From a phage, in the NCBI GenBank assembly GCA_014750165.1, contig GCA_014750165.1_4319.1: a DNA stretch of 45,917 nt. One strand, 5' to 3'. The notes beneath the pieces are model-generated. The model was not told the DNA's origin. It did no database searches and worked only from the letters and a program-made list of their open reading frames with translations. The translations under genes were made by a program, and so were the position numbers. Positions 8,721-18,176 of this stretch are shown here, piece by piece (position 1 is the first letter of the stretch; each line of letters opens with the position of its first letter).

Positions 8721-9273
8721 TATTAAGTTAGGCCTGTCGCTAGGCCGTAAGTTTGGCAAGATTCACCAAATGGCAGTGAGTAGCGTGCCAGAGGCAATGC
8801 GAGCGCTTTGCTCTCAGATTCCCGCCCTCAAGGAGTTCATGAACAGTCATGTTGGTCAAAACACAAGGTACGCCGTGTTCGTTGATGGCAAAAATGTGAA
8901 CGAGCATCGAATCTCTGATTTTAGCGCCGTTCATGAGATACGCATCTTACCAATCCCTCAAGGCCGCAAGTCAGGTGGGTTATTTCAGACAATCCTAGGT
9001 GCTGCGCTTATCACGGTTGGTATCTTTACTGGTCAGATTTATCTTGTTGGTGCTGGTGTGTCTTTGGCAGCGGGTGGTATTGCTCAGCTACTTTCACCAC
9101 AAGCAACTGGATTAAAGACCCAGAACAACCAAGCGAGCAACCGCGCATCTTACGCATTTGGCTCAGCTGTAAACACGGTAGCCGCTGGTTATCCAGTCTG
9201 CCTACCATATGGCTACAGAACGGTTGGTGGCTCGGTATTTAGTGCCGGCAGCTACGCCGAAGACAATGCTTAA
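8701..9273 (+). CDS. tail assembly protein (lambda I-like)
   Basis: 190 aa with C-terminal hydrophobic/Gly-rich segment; position immediately upstream of J-like gene. Confidence 0.5.
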   Translation: MTQKLIDIKLGLSLGRKFGKIHQMAVSSVPEAMRALCSQIPALKEFMNSHVGQNTRYAVFVDGKNVNEHRISDFSAVHEIRILPIPQGRKSGGLFQTILGAALITVGIFTGQIYLVGAGVSLAAGGIAQLLSPQATGLKTQNNQASNRASYAFGSAVNTVAAGYPVCLPYGYRTVGGSVFSAGSYAEDNA

Positions 9274-9280
9274 ATATCAT

Positions 9281-9303
9281 ACCCGCCTAGTGCGGGTTTT
9301 TTA
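9281..9303 (+). terminator. rho-independent terminator
   Basis: CCCGC-CTAGT-GCGGG hairpin plus T-run. Confidence 0.5.
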
Positions 9304-9314
9304 TTTAGTGTAGA

Positions 9315-12300
9315 ATGGCACAAATGATCAAAACAAACATGGGGCTTTTTGATATGGCTGAAGAGATTAAGATTTATGGTGCTAAGGGTGGTAGCCAGAA
9401 GCAGCACCAACCAGTGGAGCAAGAAGATAACCTAATTTCACTTAACAAGGTTAAGGTACTGCTTGCGGTTGCTGATGGTGAGGTTGACCCTAATTTCTCA
9501 ATGAAGGATTTATACCTTGCTGACGTTCCGGTGCAAAACCAGGATGGTAGCTACAACTATGAAGGTGTTCGTGCTGAGTTCCGCGCTGGCACGCAGTATC
9601 AGGATTATATCGCTGGCCTTGATGGTGCTAACTCAGAGATTCAGGCTTCCAGAGAAATTACGAACGATACCCCGTACATCATTGCGGTTAACAACACTCA
9701 GCTATCAGCAATTCGAGTTAAGCTATTTTGGCCTCGACTTGTCAAGCAGGAAAGTAACGGTGACCTGAACGGTACAACATGCGAGTATGCAATTGACCTA
9801 TCTGTTAATGGTGGTGCTTACCAGGAATACACTCGCGGAGTTGCTAACGGGAAGACAACTACAGGTTACGACCGCAGCATTCGTATAAACCTTCCGGCTG
9901 AATTTGATAGCGCTTTGGTTCGTATCCGCAAGATTACAGCAGATTCAACAAGTAGCACACTGGTAAACGGGATGCAGATTACAACCTATCAGGAAGTAAT
10001 TGACGCTAAATTCCGCTATCCGCTTACCGCCCTGGTTTATGTTGAGTTTGGTTCTGACTTGTTCCCTAACGGAATCCCGACAATCTCAATCAAGAAGCGC
10101 TGGAAGTTAATTCAGGTTCCTACAAACTACGACCCGGAGACAAGAACTTACAGCGGGACATGGAATGGCCTTTTCAAAATGGCGTGGTCAAATAACCCGG
10201 CATGGGTTTTATATGACTTAGTAACAAACCGACGTTACGGACTTGACCAAAGAGAATTGGGTGTAGAGATTGATAAGTGGGGTCTTTACGAAGCTGCGCA
10301 ATTTTGTGACCAGATGGTTCCTGATGGTAAGGGTGGAATGGAGCCGCGCTACCTGTGCGATATGGTTGTGCAGAACAAGGTTGAGGCTTACACGCTAATT
10401 CGTGATATCTGCTCAATCTTCCGTGGCCTGACTTTCTATGACGGCGAAAAGATTGGTATCGTGGTTGATAAGCCTCGCAATCCATCTTACATTTTCACAA
10501 ATGATAACGTTGTAAACGGATTATTCAGCCGCACCTTTGCCAGTGACAAGAGTCTTTACACTACCGCAAACGTCCAGTTTGATGATGTAGAGAACAACTA
10601 TCAACAAGATGTAGAGCCGGTATTTGAATTAGAGGCAACTCGTCGTTTTGGATTTAACCCTGTAGATTTAACTGCGATTGGCTGTACTCGCAGAAGTGAA
10701 GCAAACAGACGTGGCAGATGGCTCCTAAAAACCAACCTGAGAAGCGAAACTATCAGCTTCACTACCGGGTTGGAGGGTATGATTCCGATGATTGGCGAGG
10801 TGATTGCGGTTAATGACGCGGCATGGTCTAGCAACTATCAGTTAAACCTTTCAGGTCGTATTGAATCAGTTCAGGGATTGCAGGCTTTTACCCCGTTCAA
10901 AGTTGACGCAGCGCCGGGTGACAGAATTCTTCTGAACAAGCCAGACGGCAGCCCAGAGGCAAGAACTATTGCCAGCGTTTCGGAGGATGGTAGAACAATC
11001 AACCTTAACACTGCTTTCAGCTTTGTAGCTCAGCCTGATACTGTATTCGCAATCGATAAGGATAATCTGGCGCTTCAGCAGTATGTTGTGACCGGGATTC
11101 AAAAAGCAGATACTGACGGCTCAGATTCATTCCAGTATACGATTACCGCGGTGGAGTATGACCCTAACAAGTATGACGAGATTGACTACGGCGTTAACAT
11201 CGTTGATCGTCCGACTTCAATCGTAGAGCCTGACAGATTGTCGCCGCCTGAGAATTTAACAGTGTCAAGCTACAGTAAGGTTGTTCAGGGCTTGTCAGTC
11301 GAGACGATGGTAATTGGCTGGGACAAGGCTCCATACGCTAAAACATACAATATTCAGTGGAGGAAAGAAAATGGTAACTGGATTAACGTACCCAGAACAG
11401 CAAGTACAGAAGTTGATATTGAGGGCATTTACGCAGGAATCTATGACGTTAGGGTTCGCAGCGTATCAGATACTGAAAACGTGTCTGCCTGGTCTAGCGT
11501 TGTAACGGTATCGCTAACTGGCAAGATTGGTCGACCTTCGGCGCCTACGGTTATCACGGCTTCAACTGATGAGGTATTTGGCATCCGTGTTAAGTGGGGT
11601 TTCCCTGAGGGTTCTGGTGACACTGCTTACACCGAACTTCAGCAGGTTCCAGATAATGGTGATGGTACTTACAATGCTGATAACGCGAGCTTACTTACGC
11701 TGCTTCCGTATCCGGCGTATGAATACTGGCACACGCCAATTCAGCCAGGCAAGGTGATTTGGTATCGCGCAAGATTGATTGACAGAATCGGTAACACATC
11801 TGATTGGTCTAATTTCGCAAGAGGCATGAGTACTGACGATGCCAACATTATCAATGATTACATCAAGGTTGATATTGAAGGTTCTGAAGGATTCAAATAT
11901 CTCGAGCAGAATGCGATTCAAAAGAATCAGGACATTCAGAATCAGGCAGAATCAATTCTCGAGAACGCATTAGCTAATGATACTGATGTTCGCCGCATGA
12001 CAAGGGAGAACGGCAAACGCAAGGCTGAATATGTTCAGGCAGTGAATCTAATAGCTGATGAAACTCAGGCGCGAGTAGAGGCTCTCACAGCTCTTAAGGC
12101 GCAGATAGATGATGAAGTTGTAGCATCGATTACAGAAGTTCAGACAGCTCTAGCAACTGAGACGGAAGCAAGAACTACTGCAGACACGGCTCTATCAGCA
12201 AGATTGGGTGATAACGAGGCGGCCATAAACCAGAAGTTAGACGCATTCTCCAATGCGACATCTACTGGCGTGCAATACGGAATCAGTTTAGGTCTTAAAT

Positions 12301-12740
12301 ATAACGGCCAGACTTATTCATCCGGCATGAGCATGGAGCTAGTTGGCACTGGTGGAAACGTTCGCAGTCAGTTCATTTTTGACGCAAACAGATTCGCAAT
12401 CAGTAACGGCATTGGTTCTGGTTCCGGTCAGTGGCAGCTCCCCTTCGTTGTAGAGAACGGAAACGTAATCATCCAGAGCGCAGTAATTGGTGATGGCTCA
12501 ATCAGTAACGCGAAGATTGGTAACTTTATTCAGTCTAATAACTACGTACCAGGAACTACAGGTTGGAGGATTGATAAGTCAGGAAGTGCAGAACTAAGTA
12601 ACGCAACTGTAAGGGGGAATCTGTACGCAAATAACGGTAACTTCGCATTCAATGGAACAAACAATACTGTTCAGATTAACAACAATGGAATTACAGTAAA
12701 CTTACCGAATGGAGGCAGGGTTGTAGTTGGAGTGTGGTAA
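9315..12740 (+). CDS. central tail fibre / host specificity protein (lambda J-like)
   Basis: 1141 aa; position after K/I homologs; C-terminal coiled-coil and receptor-binding region; exact start (9315 vs downstream Met codons) uncertain. Confidence 0.8.
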   Translation: MAQMIKTNMGLFDMAEEIKIYGAKGGSQKQHQPVEQEDNLISLNKVKVLLAVADGEVDPNFSMKDLYLADVPVQNQDGSYNYEGVRAEFRAGTQYQDYIAGLDGANSEIQASREITNDTPYIIAVNNTQLSAIRVKLFWPRLVKQESNGDLNGTTCEYAIDLSVNGGAYQEYTRGVANGKTTTGYDRSIRINLPAEFDSALVRIRKITADSTSSTLVNGMQITTYQEVIDAKFRYPLTALVYVEFGSDLFPNGIPTISIKKRWKLIQVPTNYDPETRTYSGTWNGLFKMAWSNNPAWVLYDLVTNRRYGLDQRELGVEIDKWGLYEAAQFCDQMVPDGKGGMEPRYLCDMVVQNKVEAYTLIRDICSIFRGLTFYDGEKIGIVVDKPRNPSYIFTNDNVVNGLFSRTFASDKSLYTTANVQFDDVENNYQQDVEPVFELEATRRFGFNPVDLTAIGCTRRSEANRRGRWLLKTNLRSETISFTTGLEGMIPMIGEVIAVNDAAWSSNYQLNLSGRIESVQGLQAFTPFKVDAAPGDRILLNKPDGSPEARTIASVSEDGRTINLNTAFSFVAQPDTVFAIDKDNLALQQYVVTGIQKADTDGSDSFQYTITAVEYDPNKYDEIDYGVNIVDRPTSIVEPDRLSPPENLTVSSYSKVVQGLSVETMVIGWDKAPYAKTYNIQWRKENGNWINVPRTASTEVDIEGIYAGIYDVRVRSVSDTENVSAWSSVVTVSLTGKIGRPSAPTVITASTDEVFGIRVKWGFPEGSGDTAYTELQQVPDNGDGTYNADNASLLTLLPYPAYEYWHTPIQPGKVIWYRARLIDRIGNTSDWSNFARGMSTDDANIINDYIKVDIEGSEGFKYLEQNAIQKNQDIQNQAESILENALANDTDVRRMTRENGKRKAEYVQAVNLIADETQARVEALTALKAQIDDEVVASITEVQTALATETEARTTADTALSARLGDNEAAINQKLDAFSNATSTGVQYGISLGLKYNGQTYSSGMSMELVGTGGNVRSQFIFDANRFAISNGIGSGSGQWQLPFVVENGNVIIQSAVIGDGSISNAKIGNFIQSNNYVPGTTGWRIDKSGSAELSNATVRGNLYANNGNFAFNGTNNTVQINNNGITVNLPNGGRVVVGVW

Positions 12741-12746
12741 ATGACT

Positions 12747-12772
12747 AGGCCCCTGAAGGGGCCTTTTCTTTT
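12747..12772. terminator. bidirectional terminator between convergent genes
   Basis: GGCCCC-TGAA-GGGGCC hairpin flanked by T-runs, between the J-like gene (+) and the 12771..13742 gene (-). Confidence 0.5.
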
Positions 12773-13742
12773 AGTAGAAGTTTGGAATAAATGGAAGTGC
12801 CATTGATATATTTGTGTCAAAAGGAAACTGAGCGCCTGTCTGAGTTGAGTAGTTACCTATTACAGATCCAGGAACAGCCCTAACGGAGCCACCAGACATA
12901 CAAACTCCCTTGTATCGTAAGTTGTTATACCCTCCGGTAACTCTAGTCGTAGCGCCGCACCTAAGTAGCGGGAAGAAACCACCATTTATTGACTGATATC
13001 CATTGCTTATTTGTATAAATCCACCAAGAACGAATGGTCGTCTAACGCTTGAAAAAACAATCTGACCAGAACTATTTGACATTGTGAGCCCTGGTCCTGC
13101 TGGTGGCGGTTCATTCCTGAATATCACTAACTGAACGTAAGTGCTTGCCGCCACGTCATCTATGCCACCATAGTTTACATCACGGCACCATATTGTACTA
13201 CCATCACTCTCCAGCGACACATTTGGGTTATCCCACTTACCAAATGGTATTCCGCTAACCGGTAGCGATGCTGCCCCGTTAACCTGTATTCCTCCAACCC
13301 ATGCTGCTGACATTAGTCTCGAGTTGCTTGATATGGCAAGGAAATCAGTTGAGTTCTCAACGAGTATGCCTGGACTTGATGAAGATGAAGCCGGTAGTAT
13401 CTCAAAGCAATTACCAGCAAAGTCAATTATTCTACCATTAGCACCATTGAAGTTGCTGAGCGTTATCCTGCCAGTTCCGTCATTTACCTTTTGAAACCCG
13501 TTCATGTAATAAACTTCGGGTATAACATCGTAAGCGTCAACGTGGACTGCCTTCGTTGGTAGGCAGAAAGCCGTAGAACCAGGTGACATTGTCAATCCAA
13601 AATCCCACGATATTGCTGGTGTTGAAAGTCCATTGGTATTTATTGATCCAGTCACAGCAGGTGCCCTTAATCCTGCCGTGATTTCCATCGCTGGTCTTCC
13701 GTCATTGAGGTCAATCAATATACCCTGCGGCATTATTTCCAC
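12771..13742 (-). CDS. putative tail fibre / receptor-binding protein
   Basis: 323 aa Gly/Ser/Asn-rich protein convergent with J; composition and position only. Confidence 0.35.
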   Translation of the reverse strand: MEIMPQGILIDLNDGRPAMEITAGLRAPAVTGSINTNGLSTPAISWDFGLTMSPGSTAFCLPTKAVHVDAYDVIPEVYYMNGFQKVNDGTGRITLSNFNGANGRIIDFAGNCFEILPASSSSSPGILVENSTDFLAISSNSRLMSAAWVGGIQVNGAASLPVSGIPFGKWDNPNVSLESDGSTIWCRDVNYGGIDDVAASTYVQLVIFRNEPPPAGPGLTMSNSSGQIVFSSVRRPFVLGGFIQISNGYQSINGGFFPLLRCGATTRVTGGYNNLRYKGVCMSGGSVRAVPGSVIGNYSTQTGAQFPFDTNISMALPFIPNFY

Positions 13743-13978
13743 TCCTTACTGCCGTGATCTGCAACAGAACCGCCGTAACCTCCGCCAGCTTTACTTTCAA
13801 TGCCAGCGTATCGAATATCAACCTCACCAGCAGGAACAACTACACCGCCTTTCCACTTAGCTACGCACACGCCGTTTGCTTGCGTTGCACACCAACCGTC
13901 CGGTCGAGGACCAGAAGAACAACCAACTGCCATGATTACTGCCGCTGCGATGATTGCTGATTTGATTAAGTTAGTCAT
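13733..13978 (-). CDS. small lipoprotein, Cor-like superinfection exclusion candidate
   Basis: Signal peptide with lipobox (IMAVGC); 81 aa; located next to tail fibre genes as cor is in T1/phi80-type phages; own upstream cassette. Confidence 0.45.
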   Translation of the reverse strand: MTNLIKSAIIAAAVIMAVGCSSGPRPDGWCATQANGVCVAKWKGGVVVPAGEVDIRYAGIESKAGGGYGGSVADHGSKEWK

Positions 13979-14044
13979 TTTGTATTCCTTATTAAGTGCG
14001 TTTCGTTTCGATGGAGTAATAGTATCGCATCCTTGCGATCAGTG

Positions 14045-14065
14045 TTTAGCAATTAGTGCTATTCG
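14045..14065 (-). promoter_or_regulatory. gene-boundary palindrome cassette (minus orientation), upstream of cor-like gene
   Basis: Reverse complement reads GAATAGCACTAATTGCTAAA then CGCAAGG..TGCG hairpin, TACTAT, CATCGAAACGA; also supplies stop of the MTase-like gene. Confidence 0.5.
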
Positions 14066-14735
14066 CCAAAAATACAGCTCTTGCAAATCCACGAGGTGTA
14101 AGACTGCGAATTACCTTTGTTTTCTTGCTCTTCCCGCCTAGCTTCTTGTGCTGGTCTGAGTATCCATCATTAACGTCAACTGGTGAGGCATGAGGCCATT
14201 TAAACCCATTGCCAGACCAAATGCACGTCTTCTTAGGATATGCGTCTCTTGGCTTTATTAGGTCGCTAAAAAACGGGTGTAAATCATCTTCCGGCAAATA
14301 GCCTCCGTATTCGTAAGGGTGAAACGTGTTATCAGGTTTACGCCAGAGCGATGACAGCACGCTGACTGGGTTCTCAATCATGTATGGAACTCCGTATTTT
14401 TCAGCCAGTTTAAAAGCAACCTTGCAAGTCTCTGCCGCCTCAATTTGGAAGTTTTGGTTGGCTAGGCGCTTACGCTCAAAGTGTGCTGCCCCGCTCACGG
14501 CTAAATCCGTACAGGGCGGGAATGCCATGATAAAATCAGGCTTCACATCAAAATCAAAACTGGAATCTATCCAGGCGTTAACGTATGTAATGTTCTCATG
14601 TTCAACTCTTGCGTTTAAGTAGCTATAGCTCCCGTGGTCAGACTCATCAAAGTTGAAGCAGTAGCAAGTGTGACCAGCTTCAGCCCAATCCTTCACAGCT
14701 AGACCAGAACCATCAAATAAAGACCAGATAACTAT
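14046..14735 (-). CDS. DNA C5-cytosine methyltransferase-like protein (divergent)
   Basis: Motif IV-like FPPCT and motif VI-like IENP in track ORF 14046..14696; motif I-like SLFDGSG is encoded in the same frame just upstream (to stop at 14754-14756), where no ATG/GTG/TTG exists; 14735 is a candidate ATA start 7 nt after GAGGA. Confidence 0.5.
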   Translation of the reverse strand: MVIWSLFDGSGLAVKDWAEAGHTCYCFNFDESDHGSYSYLNARVEHENITYVNAWIDSSFDFDVKPDFIMAFPPCTDLAVSGAAHFERKRLANQNFQIEAAETCKVAFKLAEKYGVPYMIENPVSVLSSLWRKPDNTFHPYEYGGYLPEDDLHPFFSDLIKPRDAYPKKTCIWSGNGFKWPHASPVDVNDGYSDQHKKLGGKSKKTKVIRSLTPRGFARAVFLANSTNC

Positions 14736-14791
14736 TTTTAAATCCTCGTTAGTTTAAGTGCGGCGATTATACCGCACAGAATTTATTGTTC

Positions 14792-14810
14792 TTTAGCAAT
14801 TCGTGCTATT
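14792..14810 (-). promoter_or_regulatory. gene-boundary palindrome cassette (minus orientation), upstream of MTase-like gene
   Basis: Reverse complement AAATAGCACGAATTGCTAAAG; downstream TGCGG-TATAAT-CGCCGCA inverted repeat; overlaps Rha gene stop. Confidence 0.5.
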
Positions 14811-15453
14811 TCTTTTCCAGCAGCAGCTTGATGTCAATGCCGAGATTATTCTCAATCAATCCGGTCAGCGCATCATTCTTTTCTTTAAGGGCGAAGCATT
14901 GGGCTTCATATTTAAATCTCTCCTCCATCTCATCCGATCGACTAACCCAACATTGTCTAGCCTCACAAGCCAGCATATCGAGCTTTTCATCGGTATTCTT
15001 ATCCATGAGTAAAATCTCATTTATTCTTTGCTCTGCAACAATTCGCTGGCTCAGGTGTGCATTTTGCGCATTAGCCACACCAAGCATCATTCGAGCCTCT
15101 TTTAACTCATCAATGCTTACCATCTGGCTGATTACTTCTGCTTGCTTTTTAACTAATGCCTCCAGCTCATGAAGTCGACGGATTACTTTGTGTCGAAGCA
15201 CGACACTGTAGCCAGTGATTAGCGTTTCAGTGAGTTCCTTGTTGAGTAAAATCTCAGATGTATAGCCTCGATTGTCTGTAAGTAGTTGATAATCATCATG
15301 CCCCAAATCTGGGGCATCGTTATAATGTAACAATTCATTGATCATTTCCTTTGTGTCGCGAACGACGTGATCATGACGTTTGCCGGTTAACTCTGCGATT
15401 TCCTTTGTGCTCATCATGGTTTTTGGTTGTTCTTTGTACGCTTTAATGTTCAT
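14806..15453 (-). CDS. Rha-family phage regulatory protein
   Basis: STKEIAELTGKRHDHVVRDTKEM matches Rha-domain signature; start set at internal ATG 15453 (MNIKAYKEQ...) rather than track start 15534. Confidence 0.55.
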   Translation of the reverse strand: MNIKAYKEQPKTMMSTKEIAELTGKRHDHVVRDTKEMINELLHYNDAPDLGHDDYQLLTDNRGYTSEILLNKELTETLITGYSVVLRHKVIRRLHELEALVKKQAEVISQMVSIDELKEARMMLGVANAQNAHLSQRIVAEQRINEILLMDKNTDEKLDMLACEARQCWVSRSDEMEERFKYEAQCFALKEKNDALTGLIENNLGIDIKLLLEKK

Positions 15454-15548
15454 TTTAATCTCTCTATATGTTTTGACTTCGAAAATTTCGTATTCAAGCA
15501 GCACCATTGCCGCCATGAGCCTAAATATACCCAAAGATACCCAGTTGT

Positions 15549-15570
15549 CTTTAGCAAATCGTGCTATTTA
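15549..15570 (-). promoter_or_regulatory. gene-boundary palindrome cassette, variant (minus orientation)
   Basis: Reverse complement AAATAGCACGATTTGCTAAAG, 22 nt upstream of TATATT; upstream of Rha gene. Confidence 0.4.
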
Positions 15571-15664
15571 TAGCCAATTTCACCATAAATCACGGTTACA
15601 CGTAACCGATGTAACTCGATGTATACAATCTCATCCGCGGAAAATGATATACGCGCTGTTACGC

Positions 15665-15935
15665 CAATTTACGCAACAGTTACATTAAAATATCTATATA
15701 TATCAACCTTTTACTCTTATTATTATTATTATATATATTACTGTGTATATCATGTAACTACTTCTATAGAGTGTTCCGGTTATAATTTTAATATCATGTG
15801 ATTTTATACAGTATTGCACGGCAGCTATACCAATGCACCATCAGCAATAAATGATATACACGATATACACGCCGGTTACATTGAGCTATAGCTGGGCTTA
15901 GATGCCAAAAAACGTAACTAATGGCAATACCTACA
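15665..15935. repeat. AT-rich intergenic repeat copy A with (TTA)n tract
   Basis: Left arm ~95 bp and right arm ~50 bp closely similar by eye to 35041..35295; contains TTATTATTATTATTATATATATTACTGTGTATATCATGTAAC; strand-switch region. Confidence 0.6.
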
Positions 15936-16252
15936 CGGAATTACAAGGATTCACGCGTAAACTTAAATCAACGATTGGCAAAACCAATTGGACTGGCTAC
16001 GGTGACGAATATATAGTTAACCCATCGAAAGCAAGCAACCAGAGAGATATAGAAATGGTAAAGAAGATAGATTTGTACTCAGCTCACACCGTAATACTGC
16101 CTAGCTATGCTCCGGTTTTTATTGGTGTAACTTACGAAATAGCTCTTAAATTATGCGAGTCATCATATGGTAAAGACTGGAAAAATAAATCAATTAGAAT
16201 AGAAAAGACAACTAAAGAGCATATCGAAATCATCGTGGGGTTGCAAAAATGA
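15902..16252 (+). CDS. hypothetical early protein
   Basis: First gene after repeat A; 116 aa; no recognisable motif. Confidence 0.4.
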   Translation: MPKNVTNGNTYTELQGFTRKLKSTIGKTNWTGYGDEYIVNPSKASNQRDIEMVKKIDLYSAHTVILPSYAPVFIGVTYEIALKLCESSYGKDWKNKSIRIEKTTKEHIEIIVGLQK

Positions 16253-16443
16253 CATACTACATTATCAAAGAGAAAAACAACGCACTGTTCGGCGACTGCT
16301 ACTTTGGTGGTCCGGCTGGGTACACAACAGATAAGAGCGAGGCTGACAGATTCGAGACGAAAGAAGAAGCCCGTGATGTACTGACCGGTTACTTCACTGA
16401 AGAAGATTTGAAGTCTGTTAAAGTGGTTAAGATCAAGGGGTGA
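16249..16443 (+). CDS. hypothetical early protein (acidic, 64 aa)
   Basis: ATGA-coupled to upstream gene. Confidence 0.4.
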   Translation: MTYYIIKEKNNALFGDCYFGGPAGYTTDKSEADRFETKEEARDVLTGYFTEEDLKSVKVVKIKG

Positions 16444-16446
16444 GTT

Positions 16447-17412
16447 ATGAGATTTAAGGTTTTTACTCGAGAGGAACTAAGCAACGAGGCTTACCACTCA
16501 GAGACTGAACACATCTCCGGCAGCTCACTTGTTGAGATTATCCAGGGCTCACCAGCTAAGTGGAAATTCAAACAACGTAACAATGATAGCAAGGCTCTTA
16601 AGTTTGGCACACTAAGCCACACGATGATTCTCGAGCAAGATGTATTCGACAAGGAGTATCTTCGAGCTACAGATCTTGATGCGATTGAAGGATTAATTAC
16701 AAGTCAGACCGGATTGGCCTCAGCACTTAAAAAAGTTGGTGTAGCTGGCACGTCCGGTAAGGGGTATAGCGAGCTAGTAGAGATGATGCATCGCTCTGGT
16801 GAGGATTGGCCTGTTAAGTGGCTAATTGAGCAGCAGGAGAGCGCTCAGGCGCTCGTGGAGGGTAAAGAGCTAGTTAGTGCAGCGGACTATGACAAAGTGG
16901 TAGCGATGCGTGAGGTTCTTTGCAACATTCCAGCATATGATGCAATCGTGAACAGCGAGACGGCGCAGAAAGAGCTATCAATCTTCGGTGAGATTCTAGG
17001 TGTTGGCGTTAAGATTCGAATCGACCATGTTGATGTTGTTGATGGAGTCGTTCGGATCACAGATTATAAAACTACCGCAGACGCTAGCCCGGAAGGATTT
17101 GGTAAGTCGGCTTTTAATCACGGATACCTTGCAAAAATGGCGCTTCAGCGCGACCTGTTTGTGAAGGCATTCAACGAGAAGAGAAAGGTTATTGTAGGAT
17201 TGCTGGCGCAGGAGAAGGTAGAGCCATATTTACCAATGCTGTACACCTTGACGGACGAACAGCTACGAATTGGTCGTCTCCAGTATCTTGAGGCGCTCGC
17301 CACTTACAAGAAGTGCAAGGAGCTAGATATCTGGCCTGGATATTCGAACGGCATTACAGAGCAAGAATTGATGATTCCTGAGTGGGCGTTAAAACAATAT
17401 AAAGAAATCTAA
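16447..17412 (+). CDS. recombination exonuclease, PD-(D/E)xK family
   Basis: IRIDHVD...ITDYKT matches D...(D/E)xK nuclease core; located upstream of ERF and SSB genes. Confidence 0.55.
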   Translation: MRFKVFTREELSNEAYHSETEHISGSSLVEIIQGSPAKWKFKQRNNDSKALKFGTLSHTMILEQDVFDKEYLRATDLDAIEGLITSQTGLASALKKVGVAGTSGKGYSELVEMMHRSGEDWPVKWLIEQQESAQALVEGKELVSAADYDKVVAMREVLCNIPAYDAIVNSETAQKELSIFGEILGVGVKIRIDHVDVVDGVVRITDYKTTADASPEGFGKSAFNHGYLAKMALQRDLFVKAFNEKRKVIVGLLAQEKVEPYLPMLYTLTDEQLRIGRLQYLEALATYKKCKELDIWPGYSNGITEQELMIPEWALKQYKEI

Positions 17413-17430
17413 ATAGCACGAATTGCCAAA
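17411..17430 (+). promoter_or_regulatory. gene-boundary palindrome cassette
   Basis: AAATAGCACGAATTGCCAAA, GGGAT..ATCCC hairpin around TATAGT; precedes ERF gene. Confidence 0.5.
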
Positions 17431-17485
17431 ACAAAGCGGGATGACTTAGGTATAGTTATCCCATCAACAACGAACGAGGTTAAAG

Positions 17486-18136
17486 ATGCAAATTTCAGAA
17501 TCATGCAAATCAATTTTAAACGCGCTTCACACCGCTAAATCGCTATTTGCTAAGGCTGAGAAGTCTAAGCAGAACTCACACTTAAAGAACAAGTACGCCA
17601 CCTTAGAAGACGTGCTAGCGGCCGTTGAGCCAGGCTTAGATGAGTGTGGCTTGGTTATGTTCCAGAGCGTGCTTGATGATGAACAAACCAACCGTATGAA
17701 GGTTGAGACAAAACTGTTTCATGCTGAATCTGGAGAGTGGGTTAGCTTCTTGATGATAGTCCCAATCAGTAAGAATGATGCTCAAGGTTACGGATCTGCG
17801 CTTACATACGCTCGTCGCTACGGAATCACAGCAGCCTTAGGCCTTAGCCAGGCAGATGATGATGGCAATCTGGCAGCCAAGGGTGTTAAAGACTTTAAGC
17901 GAGAACTTGAGAAGTGTAATACGCTCGATGAGCTTCGTAACGTTTGGAAGGATGCTAAGCAATCACTTGATGCGGCAGGATGGAAGGTTTTCGAGCCTCA
18001 TATTATCGAGCGAAAAGCAGAGATTGAAGCAAACGCAGCAACTGGCTTCAACCCAGCAACACCAAAGAGAGTCGCAGAAAAAAGTAGTCCTGAAGAAAAG
18101 ATTGAAGTAGAATCACAACAAATCGACACATTCTAA
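17486..18136 (+). CDS. ERF-family single-strand annealing protein
   Basis: NKYATLEDVLAAVEP and TYARRYGITAALGL motifs resemble P22 Erf; between exonuclease and SSB. Confidence 0.8.
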   Translation: MQISESCKSILNALHTAKSLFAKAEKSKQNSHLKNKYATLEDVLAAVEPGLDECGLVMFQSVLDDEQTNRMKVETKLFHAESGEWVSFLMIVPISKNDAQGYGSALTYARRYGITAALGLSQADDDGNLAAKGVKDFKRELEKCNTLDELRNVWKDAKQSLDAAGWKVFEPHIIERKAEIEANAATGFNPATPKRVAEKSSPEEKIEVESQQIDTF

Positions 18137-18176
18137 TTTAAGAGGGGCTTCGGCCCAAACAATAGAGAGATAAAAC

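Noticed and set aside
14046-14696. Methyltransferase-like gene as a Dam-type N6-adenine enzyme
   Set aside because: No DPPY/NPPY-type motif; the PPC and ENP motifs fit the C5-cytosine family instead.
15619-15801. Track ORF 15619..15801 (Tyr-rich 60 aa) in repeat A
   Set aside because: Arises from translating the (TTA)n/TATATA low-complexity tract; no start signal; region is better explained as regulatory DNA.
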